In this document: positions 12,001-24,108 of the stretch, one piece after another
Position numbering within the stretch: position 1 is the stretch's first letter
Layout: each line of letters opens with the position of its first letter
Origin: Yuukianura sp. NJ FZ-2021
Lineage: Eukaryota
Direction: 5' to 3'
Assembly: GCA_046563655.1 (NCBI GenBank)
Contig: CM102287.1
Coordinates: 7,936,001 to 8,000,000, forward strand
Length of the DNA: 64,000 nt
Position numbers and translations under genes: made by a program
Notes under the pieces: model-generated
What the model was told of the DNA's origin: nothing
What the model saw: the letters and a program-made list of their open reading frames with translations, nothing else
Database searches by the model: none

Positions 12001-15000
12001 TTTTGAAAGGAATGTGGGAGACAGGGAGCGGAAATGTCGCCTTTGTCTAGAAAGTGACGAATTTTTCGGCATTTTCAGACACAGAGACATTCTATCAAGG
12101 TAGTCTGAAATTCTGTAGACTTTGAATCACATGATAGATGATTTCACCAATGCAAAACAAGTTGTGTCCCCCGTATGTGTAGCAAATTACTTTTACTTTT
12201 AAACAAAAGCGACACATATTAAACCAAAGCGGAAATTAATTTTGGCAAAATAACAATTTAGCGTAAATTGAAAAAAAAATTAAAAACAACAACTCTGTTT
12301 TTTTTAAAGTCACACTTTTGTTGTGCCAAATTTTTGGCAACGTCCCAGTCTAGCACAGATTTTGGCGATTGCCGAGTAGGAAACTAGTAAATGATTTGAA
12401 GTTAGCAAATCTTTTTGACTAAAAATTTTGACATAACTCTACTTTTTTGTACGTTTTTCACTTTTTGTAAAGTACTGGTAGGCTGGTTGATGAATTTGAA
12501 AGTTTGGGCGTGGATTTGTGATTGACGTTGGGAAAGGAGAAAGTATAAGCCAATGTGCTTGTGCGTCGGTTCTGGAGGGTTTCCAGGCTCAGGAAAAGGC
12601 TGGAATCGAATCTGAATTAAAATGTCTTCCACCATGATTGTTCGTCGTCTGCCTGTCAATCAAAAAGTTTCCTTTCATCTCCTCCCTTTCATCACTACTA
12701 GTATGGAACTCTTTTCAATAGAATGTTAGCCCCAGTATGTAGGAGGTAACGGACAAAAGAAGTTCCCCGAAAGTCCCCCCTCCCCCTTGAGGGTGGGGGG
12801 ACTTTGGACCAACTTTCCCTTCAATAGACGGAGTGACACAACTTTTTAAGCATTATTTTTCACCATGTTTTTTCTCTGCATCGTTGTATAAAAGGGAGAA
12901 CCACTGTCAAGGCCTTAGCAACTGCCAGAACCAGATTCCGTCAGAGAATGAAGGGATTCAGCAGCATCCAGGATGATGAAATTGTTCCATCGTCAGCACA
13001 CTTTCAGCTCCTCTTTTTTTTTGTAGCAGCGAAACAGCAGTGCTTTCCCTTTCAACTTTCTCCTGTCTCCTGCTATCTCCACTGTTCGCTTGACGTGGCA
13101 GCTAACACAACTCTCCCGCCTGTCTACGCAGCCCAGCCTCTCTTTTGAGAGACAAAAAGGAAAATTTTGGAAGATGTGATGAAATATCCGGAGAGCCAAG
13201 GGGAAGCACAAAAACCTAACCAAAGCGACACAGAAGCTTCCAGCACAGGGCGAATATGTTAAATCCTATCGATAAGCCCAGTGGGATTTCCCTTCCCTCT
13301 CCACAGAGGACTTTCCTTTTTCTGGCAAAACAACAATAGAAAAGCACAGGGAAAGGCACAACTATCCATCCAACTTTCCCTAATCCCGGAATGTGAAGTT
13401 TTAAATAAAAGAGACACAAAAGCCTTTCCAAAATCCTACAGAAAGGAGATGCTTCAAAAATTCTGAAAAAGAAAAAAATGGGCAAGGGCAGCAGGATTTG
13501 AAATGAAAATGAATTTTTTCTTTCGCTTTTTTGAAAAGTTCAAAACAAAAACGGAAATGAAAATATGAATATGAAAAGCGGAAGGAAGTAGAGCATTTTC
13601 CGGATAGGATCCATTGTCTATTTCTGTCTGAGAACAGTATAGTAGTGGAAGGAAGATTAGAGATTATGCAAGAAGAGGCTCTTAGATGTCTTAATAGAAT
13701 TCGAAAGTGCTTCTTCCTTGTCTTTCGTGTGAGCAGTGAAGTGAAAGCGCTGCTTACTTACTTTGCTATGTTAGGTTAGGTGCTTGGTTAGGTTAGGGAG
13801 CGGAGACACACACGGGAGAGGAAGATCAATCAATCATGGAAGATGACACTTGCCTAAAAAAAGTCACATCGCATCTTCCACAAGATCTCATCAACGAATT
13901 GCATTTTCCATTTCAAAACGAATTTATGTAGACACTGTACTGTGCCCACGCGACAAAATTCATTTTTAAAACTAACCTGAACTTTACCGTATTTCGAAAA
14001 AAAAAGTTAGTTTTTTCAGCAATTTGTTAGAGAAGTCTGAAGAAAAGACGCCGTTCAAAAATTAAATCGCACTAAATCAGTTAAAATAACAATCAAGGCT
14101 TATATCAGATTCCCATGTGTTCTCAATTTCGGTCATACATGTATATTTTATTTTTACTTTGTAGACAATGGTTTACCTCGGAGACTTCGTACTGCCTATA
14201 CCAACACACAGCTTCTGGAACTTGAAAAAGAGTAAGCAAAAAGCCTTGTTTAAGAAATGTTTCCAAATTGTCAAATTTTCAAAAATTTATGAGCATTGTT
14301 TGATTTTTTTTAGGTTTCATTTCAATCGCTACCTTTGTCGTCCTCGTCGAATAGAAATTGCTGCGACGCTGGATCTCACGGAACGTCAGGTGAGAACATT
14401 TACTAGAATGCTTATACTAAAAACTACTTTTAGAATTAGCAATAGCATTCAATTAGAATGTTTCAAGCGGTTTATGAATAAAAAGTAGCGGGTACACGTT
14501 TTTTTAAAACAAAAATTACGTTTTTGGTGATTTTCAGCAAACTTGAATAAAACTGTTTTGATTCTACTCCTAAAGTTTGCAAATATTTGAACCGGGTTTA
14601 AGTTGTGATGTTTGATGTTTTTAGTAACTTTACTGAAAGTCTTTTTTTTTTGAAAATCTACAGGTCAAAGTTTGGTTTCAAAATCGGCGGATGAAGCACA
14701 AGAGGCAGACGATCAGTAAATCGGGGGATGAAGGGGATGAAAAAGGAGAAGGCGGGGGTGGCGGGAAATCCAAATCCGAAAAATGTTCCGGTGGCTCTCC
14801 ATCTTCCGACGACAAGAAAAGCTGTCAAAGTTGTGACCTGATGACCCCTTCATCTTCACCCTCAAGTGGCTCCAATTCAACCACCACACCCACAACCACA
14901 CCCAAAGGCAATAAAGGTCGTCGTGGCTCCTCGCCGGCCCCACTTCCCACTGGTCCCACCGAGAACAACAACTCTTCCTTTTTCAAAGACAACAATAGCC

Positions 15001-16295
15001 TTTCTCACCTGGACGCCGAGGGCCCTCCGACCCAAACAATCACAAAACAACCAAAGACCAAGCTGAGCAATAACGCCAAGGGGACCCTTAATACGGAAAT
15101 GACCAAAGACAATTCTCTGCCTCCCTTTGCCATGGGCCCTTCCCGGAAAAATAGCAAAAAGTCCTTGGTCGTGACCCCTTCACCGGCTGAAATTCTGCAA
15201 AAAGTGGGTCAAGGTTACTCTGGTGGAGAAATGGAACAGTTAACTTTTAATTCCAGTTTGACAATTAGTTCTCCCCAGCATCAACAGCAGCAGTCTCAGC
15301 ACTCAATTCAAGACAAAAGTCCACTTTTAGAAAAAATAAGCAACTCGCGTCTAGATGGAATTCACTTGGGAACGAACTTAGCGTCTCCACCGGTTCCCAC
15401 CAAAAGAGGCCCCACCGTGGGAAAATACGAAAGAAAGAAAGGGACCAAGAACAATCCGGCTCCAGTGACCTTTGATTACTCCATGGGGACGGCAGGTCAA
15501 CAGCAGCGGTATGGACAGTATCCAAACGCACCTCAGGGTACGAAAAGTACTTCTGTAGAATCAAATTGCAATTCGCGCTATTACGCCTCCGGCTCGTACA
15601 GTTCTGCTTACGGAACTGCTGCACATTACTCACAATCCGAAAATTATACGACGCATCAACAACATCCAAGCTACGGTGGAGCTTTTGCAACAAACGCAAC
15701 AGCCGAAACGCCAGCCATTCGGGATGCATCGTGTTACGGCACTGCTGCTGCGACAAATTCGTATGGCCAATCACCCTATGCTAGTTACAACAACTATCAT
15801 AGTCCAAATCAACAGCATCATGACCAACACCACCATGCAATCAGCGTCAGCAGTAGCAGCGATTCCAGTGCTACTTCTAATCATAGCTCCACCTCCAATG
15901 CCTACTACTCGCACAGCGCCACCTACGGTTATGCCGCAAGTACTTACGGTAGTACAAACTCCCATGCGCAGTACACCAATACTAGTACAAACGACGGTCA
16001 GACAGTCGCCATGGATGGATTTTATGCCAATGCAAATGTCAACTCCTATGATTCAACTTACTACGCCAACTATCAAGGTCAAGGTCAAGGTCACCAAGGT
16101 CATGCCTATGAGCATAACCCCCAAGGGGAAGTTTCAGAGTCATACCAACACCAATCTTACCCCAGCGGCTCCGGTGGAAACTACTACGATCCGAGTGGAA
16201 ACCCTAATCAGCATTCCGGTGAAAGTGCTCCTGACTTTAACTTTCTCTCGAGCATGAGCAGTGACTATGCGCCAGAGTACTATCAACTCACCTAG
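6025..16295 (+). CDS. pb: Hox paralogy group 2 homeodomain protein Proboscipedia; exons approx 6025-6565, 14165-14231, 14314-14389, 14664-16295
   Basis: Exon 1 has [10 protein letters not shown] (cf. pb INSQPSMAEF) and hexapeptide [15 protein letters not shown]. Spliced homeodomain reads [64 protein letters not shown]-terminus [19 protein letters not shown] matches the arthropod Pb C-terminal motif. All junctions are GT..AG and phase-compatible. Start codon uncertain (6025 vs 6154). Confidence 0.96.
8549..8567 (+). promoter_or_regulatory. Candidate Hth + Exd/Labial composite site in pb intron 1
   Basis: TGTCAG-GCG-TGATGGATGG; TGATGGATGG is the classical PG1-Hox/Pbx site. Confidence 0.45.
9871..10033. 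mobile_element. Probable transposon remnant (cluster of GC-rich hairpins, possibly a Helitron-like end)
   Basis: Several GC-rich stem-loops in AT-rich intron DNA: ATGCCC-ccctga-GGGCAT (9871-9888), perfect CTGGGGGGC-tt-GCCCCCCAG (9913-9932), and AGCTGG...CCAGCT ending in CTAG/T on the minus strand near 10010. Confidence 0.4.
10194..10200 (-). terminator. RNA polymerase III terminator (T7) of the tRNA-Ser gene
   Basis: Run of 7 T on the minus strand 5 nt past the tRNA 3' end. Confidence 0.8.
10206..10287 (-). tRNA. tRNA-Ser (anticodon GCT), 82 nt, long variable arm
   Basis: Reverse complement GACGAGATGGCCGAGTGGTTAAGGCGATTGACTGCTAATCAATTGCGCTCTGCGCGCGTGGGTTCGAATCCCACTCTCGTCG: acceptor stem GACGAGA/TCTCGTC, A-box TGGCCGAGTGG, anticodon loop CT-GCT-AA, T-loop GGTTCGAATCC; closely resembles metazoan tRNA-Ser(GCU). 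Confidence 0.97.
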
Positions 16296-19200
16296 AAACT
16301 TAGAAAGTAATTAGTTATACCTAATCAAGTTCAATTACTAATTAACTTATTTAACTTACAGGGAGTCACATGAGGGTTAATTTTTCAATTCAGCAATAAT
16401 TACTTATACGTTTAATCTTAAAATATGTGAAAGCTAAAAAACTCAGCCAGTTTATATCATACTATAACAGTGTCTCTATACGTATTCTTTAGACTACACA
16501 CAAGTTTAAGAAAAAGAGTGATAAACTTGTTCTCTAAAAATCTTAAAAATCAATTTGCTAATTGCGATTTAAATATTTAAGTTTTTACTATGAACTTGGC
16601 TTTACTCCAAAAATTGTTCATGTTTAGTTTAGTAAGGCTAAACTGGGTTTGCAATATTCAACACAAATGCTTCAGCGAAACAATCAACAACTTATTGAGG
16701 TTTTATTTAAAAACTGAAAAGAAAAGCAATATATTAGAATAAAAGTTCAATCTAAGCTTATGTTATTTAAAATGACACTAATAAAAAGTCGGTTTCTTAA
16801 ACCAATTCATCAAATCAATGTCAAAACCTAAAAAAATATTGAAAGTAATTTTAAAATATTGAACAGATTTATTAGAAACTGCTCCTTCTTAATGCCAGAC
16901 AAAAATAAGACTACAGTGATGCTAACTTCTTACTGTGCTTTCGAAGTTGTGTTGTGCGTCTATCGCGATTTAATAAAATGCTTCACCTTTATAAAATTTC
17001 AATATTTGTACAAATAAAATAATGCTCGGACCTCGGACTTTAATGTTTTGCAAGGTAAAATTCGTTTTCGGGTTTTTTCTAAAAAAAAATTATGCTTATG
17101 CTTTCCCCTGCTGCTTGTCTGCGAAAAGTGAAAGTACGAACGAACTTCGAAAGTTTTTTTCTGGTTTTAATTGGTCCTTCCAAAAAGTTTCATTTGGTGC
17201 ACATCAGCCTGTCGACTGCTCATTTGACGTGCTTGAAACTTTGTTCTTGACTCTTCGTGCACTGCTGCGTGGTTTCAGTTCGGAAGTGAAAGGGAAAGTG
17301 GTAGGAAGAGCCCCAACCACAGGCAAAGCCATTTCCCCATTGGAATCATTTACATAATGGGTTCCAGCATCCAGCATCCTTCAGTCTCCAGTTCAACTAT
17401 CGATCTCCTCACAATGAAAGAAAAGGCGGATGGAAGGAGCGAAGGAGATTAGAGACAGGAAGAACCCCAAGATGCATTAGATCTCACCAGATACCAAGAT
17501 CCCACTTCAAACAACCGAACATGACACTTCTGAACGGACACTTCCGAACCAGCACGTTCATGTACTGTCATTCACGTAAATTCTCGTTGGTCCATGATAT
17601 AAAACGCTTCGATACGCCTGAAAACCCTGAGAAAATACCCGGGTTTTTAAAAAACCCGTCGAATTTCCGTCAATAATAAAACTGATTTACAAGGTTAGGT
17701 TTTATCCGTACTTGAGTTTCCTGGAATCCTTCAAACACATCATCTCCACTTCCATACTTTCACTTCCACAACTTCCAGAGAGATACAAACTCAGTACTAA
17801 ACCATTACGATTAGGGTTACAGAAACAACGCCAACTTTCACCGCAGAGCGGTAGAGACTAAACCGTAACCGCTCGAAGCGGGATTAATCAAAACTCAATA
17901 TTCCCTATTTGATTTACAAAGGAAATACGAAGAAGCCAGTAGGGAAGTTTGGGCTTTCACTTTCTTGTTCAAAAGATGAGAAATGGCACTGCAACACATG
18001 GCTCCTGTCTTCCCTTCTTCCATCCCAAACTCCCAAGACTAAGATGATCAGAGACACTTTTACATAATTTCTTTCTGTATTTTCATAAATTACGGACCAA
18101 GAAGGGAGGATTTTGGGAGGGAAATGCAAACTTCAACGAAAGAGAGATGAGCCGAGAGACTTGAATTTTTCTTAAAGCTTATAAAAATGTTTTTGAAATT
18201 GAATTTGGTGAGATTTAAGGTTAGGGCTATGAAGCAAACACTTGTTTGGAGGGTTGACATTAGAACGTACTAAAGGAGAAAGTAGAAGGGAAAGTGGAGT
18301 GTCGTAAATCAAGGTTAAGGCTGGAGCATAATTGAGTTCCCACATTGAGCCACTGAGGCTTTTTAAATGGCAGATTTATGGTTTGTTTATGTTTTGTCAC
18401 TTTTGAGGAAGAAGAATGTTTGAAAAACACTTTTTGATTTGAAAATTTCCAAAAATTGAATACATTTTTGGCTAAACTGGATCAACCATAAAGTACAAAA
18501 TATTTCATGCGTTTGGATGAAGTTGAACGCCGTGGACTTATTTGTGGGTCAGCGATTAGGTTTATTTCGAATTTGGAAAGTTCATTCTGAAGCTTGCATG
18601 CGATAATATTAGTTTTTAACGAACTCATGATGGCTTTATGTACAAAGTTTATACAGAATGATCATGATCATAAATCAAGCGATTTGAGAAAACAGGAAAG
18701 CAGTCGCCATCTACCAGCAACGTAAAAGTATCCATGGATTCAACAGAAGAACTTTCTTTCAGTTCACTCCGAAGTCATTCCAAACCCATAGATGGAGAAG
18801 GGGGAAAGAAGAAGAGCTTTTAGAAACTAAGCTTTGCAGTAGTAAATACTTGATAAAAACCTAAATAATATAAAATTAATATAATTAATAACTAATATAA
18901 TAATTAATTAAAATTGGATGAGTTTGACTAATAATCAGTGATCACTGTTCGTGATAAGAAATCCAAACTAATTTTAGGCTGGGCAAGCGACAATAATCAA
19001 TTGCTCAAAAATTCTAAACGGCGTAAATGGACTGTCTGGTTTGTTGAAAAATAAATCAAACGCGATTGCAAATAGTTTTTAGCATCCTAAACCTTGAAAA
19101 AAATTTTTTCAAATCTTACTTTCGTTCAGTAAAATTAAGAATTTTTTAGGAAATCTGCAAATTTTTAGATAGTTACAGCATTCCTTTCACCACCCTCCTC

Positions 19201-22200
19201 CAGCGTTATATTTTTCATTAAAAAATTTTTTATGGTTGCTTTTAAAAATTTAAATTTTTGAAATTTTTTTTGAAAAGACTGCTCGGGATTTCGAAAAAAA
19301 ACAACATTGTGTAACATTTGATCTTCGCTTGAGTAGAATCCTTTTTTTAACTTTTTTAATTTTTTTTAAAAAAGATTTCCTTAAATTCTAAACGATCTAC
19401 TTTTCCATAATAAAATTGATTCTGTTTAGAAGCGCATTTAGGCTTAAAAACTGACATCAAATTAATATAACATAAAAATGTTACTACAAAATCAAATAAA
19501 AGCAGATTTTGGTCTTTCTGAGTTCAGAATGCGAATCGTTGATCTTGCAGGGTAAGTAAATTGCTGTGACTGGGCAATAGGCTTGAAATGAAACTCTTGC
19601 GTTGGGGTCACGATCCACCTAATCCATCAAACTCCGCTGACATCGGCCTGCTCCGAACTTTTCCCTTTCTCATAAGGCACAATCAAACGGAACAATTCCC
19701 AACAATGGAATTGCTCAATCTACCCCTACAGCAAGCACTCCAACATTCGCAGCATACCTACCCTAACAATTTGCAACTCCAAGACTTCAACCAACAACAA
19801 TTTCATCACGACCACAAGTCAGTTGCGACACAATGACAAGTGACTGTTTCAGCTTGGGCGTCGGCGTCAACCTCCTCGCATAATAACATTAAGGCCTTCG
19901 GCAGAACAATGAAACTTCTGAGCCTTCGTCGTGACTAGCGGCGGTAACGTTCTGAATCCCTTGGAATGGATAAACACCAGGGAGAAAGTGATCCGTCTTC
20001 GGATGTCACCCTGACAGCCTAAGCTTCATAGGACGACAACTGCTGTAGAGCCCTTAGAATTCTATACTATGAGGGTCTGGTGTCATGGACGGATGGACGG
20101 CGTCCGTATGTCGTCCAGTACTCAAACTAAGCCTCAGCGGTTTAGCTTAACCTAGTTCCATTCAACCTGAAAAGTTTCAGCCAAGCTTCTACGACACATC
20201 AAGAGCAGTTGGTCGCCCAGTGGTTGTCGAAATCCAATCTTGTTCTAAAATGGCAGCCAACTTGTGTGTTGTTCAGAACAAACAGTTTAGGAACCTCCTC
20301 ATCTATTCTGTTCTTGTCCAGGTACTTTTTCAAATGCCGCCTAAGGTTTAGTTTTTCAAAAAAGACGAGGACAGGGTAGAACATGGGTGAGAAAATCCAG
20401 CGAATCACTCATGCTCATGACATCTTCGAAAACCGATTTCACACTCAGCACGAATTTTCAAAACCAAAGAAACAAACTCCAAGATAAACAAAATTTTGAA
20501 CAAAAACTGAAAACGCTCAACGGTTGACGCTCAATTCATGTTGAGCGTCTCTTGGGAATAATTTCGAAACCTTCGAATAACGACACACCACCTCCACTTT
20601 CGAGGAAAAATTCGAGGAAAACAAAAAAGCTTCAAAATTTCCAAATTTCAAAAAAGAGCTCCACCCCCTGCCCAAAATTTGAAAAGAAAGTGAGGAAAAC
20701 TCATCCATCTAAGGTCGTAAAGTACAGTTTAAGAAAATAAAAAACGTCAAGACGCGGTGGGCATAGTGTAGCAAGCAACTTGTGTTTCAAAAAGTTTCGA
20801 CTTTGAGAGTGTAGCTGCTAAGTATTTGTTTCGTACTGCTTTTTTCCTCGAAATTTTTTTCTTCTAAAACAAAAATAGAGTTGGCTGCCGTATCTTATGA
20901 ACTAATCGATAATGACACTTAATTTTGATGGATTACTCTCCAATATATGGGAAAAGCTCTCCTTCCACCGTCTCTCCACTTACTTCCAAGTGGTTCTTCT
21001 GGAAGGAGACAATAATCCTAGAAAAAATACAGAGGAGAAGGAACCTTTAATAATATCATTATCAACGTAGGAGCAGGAGGGAAGTCACATATGGAGAAAG
21101 TTCACTTTCTCCTTATTACTTTCTCTATGAATAAAAAATAGAACATTTACGTTAGGTTTTAGGTTTGGTAAGGAAAATCAGAGCGGGAAGAGGGTGGGGA
21201 AACATTTTTTCATAAAAGTTATGAACATAATACACCAATTTTGAAAAAGTACAAGCCTCAGGTTCGGTTGCGTGTCTCTACCTTATTGTTTCTGGACGAG
21301 AACCTTCTAACATAATTTACTTTTGGCCAAAGAGTCAAGTGAGGGTGGTGCAATAATAGAAATTGAAACAGACTTTTCTCCGTTTCTGGAAATCCGATTT
21401 TCGTGCTTTCCCTTTTATTTCATAAAAATAAACTCATAAACGCTCTGGCTTTACAAGCTCTCTAAAGTTATGTTCCAGAAAAACGGAAATGTCATAAAAA
21501 TTTAACTTTCACTTTTCAGTACAACTCTGCCTATTTCAATTTTATCCAAGTGCAAAAAAAAGTTATAACTTTCTGAAAATACGAAGACAAAAATCACAAG
21601 AATTCTATTCCACAGCTGCTGCAATCTTTCGATTTTAAGCAGCCATTTTTTCGCATGTCGGTTTTTCTTATTCTGAAATTTCAATGTTCAAAGAAAATGA
21701 GAAAAACTGATGATTGCAAAATTCAAAAGATTAGAAAAGGAGATAAGTGGACTGATGAAACTGCAAACAAGAGCTAAAGCAAATAGAAAAACAAAAAATG
21801 CAAACTACAATTGGAGTTTATATAAAGTACTTGTACCACTACCTGTACTACACCGCAAAGATTTACAGTATAAACTACATCCGCAAGGAAAAGTTCATGA
21901 AAACATTATTAACGAAAAAATTGGAAAATGTAAAAAAAAGTTTGCAAATTATTGAAATTTTTGAGGTTGACCTACATTTTGTAACACTATTTTGGTTTGG
22001 ACTCATGAGCATAATTTAGTAGAGCATGGATTAAGGCGGATATACACTCTGCAAAGCGAAAGCGTCGAAGGGGGAATACTCCAACACACGCAAAATAGCA
22101 ATCAAGTGAAAGTGACCCCTTGGGCAACCTTAGAATTATCATAAACTTTCACCTTTATGACTACGATTATGCAAAGTTTATTATTTAAAAAATATCCAAT

Positions 22201-22380
22201 TTTTATTGTGTTTTTAAGAAATTATGAAATGTTATATTATATAATGTTGACTTGAAAAAACGGTTCTTGGAGTTACTATGATGTTCAAAGTTCAGTTTTT
22301 TCAGATGAATGAATTTTGATGATGATAAGTTGAGTGTGACCTATGGTGAAATATCATTAGGTAGGATTTGAGTTCCAGTT

Positions 22381-22417
22381 TGATTGATTGACCCAAGTGA
22401 CCTTGGCTGAGTGACAG
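22381..22417 (+). promoter_or_regulatory. Candidate lab upstream enhancer (Exd/Hox, TGACC half-sites, Exd/Hth)
   Basis: TGATTGATTGACCC followed by GTGACCTTGGCTGAGTGACAG. Confidence 0.5.
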
Positions 22418-24009
22418 TTGACCTTGATTTAATTGAATTGTTAAGGAGTAGTCTGAAGTGTTTGCTTTTGGTTTCATTGATTCCCTGTCCTAGAATCCTA
22501 GATTGAGATCAGTTTGGAAGGTATCATGTCACTCTTGACTTAACTTCCCCATTATCCTCTGCATACAAAGCAAGGACTGCACAATAGGATGAGAGAGACA
22601 TCTCTTCAAATTGGAGCCCTTGGCCAGAGGAGTACTTGTCACAAAAGTGTCAATGTCAGAAATGAAGACAGTGACAGGACAGGTGAGGCCCTTCAAGGGC
22701 TCGACACAAGTCCAGGAAAGCATCTCTTGCGACACAGTTACCGTGGTCGGAAGTGAAGACGAAGCTACTTTGTGTACTTTTCAAAGTTTTTTAAATGTCA
22801 TAAAATGAAGGGAGGGAATGCGCCGTGTCATTGTCACCGGCAAAGGTCAAATCTGGTGACCTATTAATGGAATTCTTCTGTTTTTCAAAACCGATTGTCT
22901 GTTCAGATGCTAACAAACACGAATTTCTACAACTTTTAAAAAAATTCTACCTCTTCTTTGGTTTTCAAATGCCCAAAAATGTCAAACGCTTCCCAAAGCA
23001 AAAAAACGTGATTGAAAAACTGAAGAAATTGAAAATTTTTGAATTTTTGAAGTTCAGACTTTGTAGAAATTTGAACGTAAAATTTGACCTTTGACATAAC
23101 AGGAGTCTACCAGGCAAGTTCTTACCGCTTGTTTGAACAGAGCACGCAATCGGAGTAGTGAGATAGCAGTTGACAGTTATTGCCAACATGAAATCAAGTT
23201 TTGGTTGAAGTAGTTATTCATTCCTCCCATATTAATTAATTGACCATGGTCGTCCTCTTTCTACTTCCACAAACTTTCGGTTTTTGGTCTTTCGTGACTT
23301 TGGTCGTGTGTCTTAGCGCCGTCGTCTTCACGGGTCACCGTGTACAGAAAACAGAAAAGTAGAACGAGCGGATTCGGATTTTACCTTGCTTTCGGTTGGG
23401 AGAAAAAAAATCTGGGCAGAGGAAGGAGAGGGAGTTATTAGTGGACTTGAATTATTTTTTGCTTTCTCCGACTTTTACTGCCCGGGAAGTAAACTGCTAC
23501 TACGGGAAGCCTTATCTCATGGAAATGATCTCACACACACCACACCACAACGGCCTTTGGAACACACCGTCCAGGACCCCTTTAAGAGACTTGACGTAAT
23601 CGCTGGCATAATTTCTACCTTTGTCCTCTCTGAACACGAACGCCCCAAAAGTCAAAACTTTCCCACAGAAATCACACTCGAGCTAAGACCACAAAAAACT
23701 GGAACCCGGGTGAGGAAGCTTATTGATTTACTCTGCAACTGAACCTCATTTCGACTCTACATCATCCACCGTCGTTGCTAAATCTAGATTGAGCTATTTC
23801 GGGTCAATCCAGGATCGAAAGGTCAACTACTGACATTAATTAACAACATTAGGTCAAAGGTCAATTGACGTTAATTAAAATCCTGCCAAGATTTGCCTGG
23901 CACGTGACAACTATCACTAGGATTTAATTAACAGAGTAGTGGGGGATGAAATTTGGAGAGAAGGGGGTGAGTTTTTGGGGGTGAAGTGAGACAACTGCGA
24001 AATCATAGA

Positions 24010-24108
24010 TTTTGTCAGCAGTGAAACATTGTAAACAAGCAACTTCGCCAGTAATGCAACTTTGTACCCATGTAATTTTGTCAGCACTGCAACTTTGTAC
24101 GCAAGTGA
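24010..24108. repeat. Degenerate 33-bp tandem repeat, 3 copies, probably internal to a decayed transposon (about 23985-24306)
   Basis: Units TTTTGTCAGCAGTGAAACATTGTAAACAAGCAA / CTTCGCCAGTAATGCAACTTTGTACCCATGTAA / TTTTGTCAGCACTGCAACTTTGTACGCAAGTGA; short ACGAAATTGATGT repeats follow near 24260-24295. Confidence 0.7.

Noticed and set aside
16073..16103. Tandem CAAGGTCA (FTZ-F1-like) motifs
   Set aside because: Explained by the [10 protein letters not shown] codons of pb.
14713..16257. Alternative-frame and antisense ORFs over pb exon 4
   Set aside because: Shadow ORFs of a long low-complexity coding exon.
21550..22019. Lys-rich ORFs between pb and lab
   Set aside because: Short, A-rich, no recognisable family or consistent splice signals.
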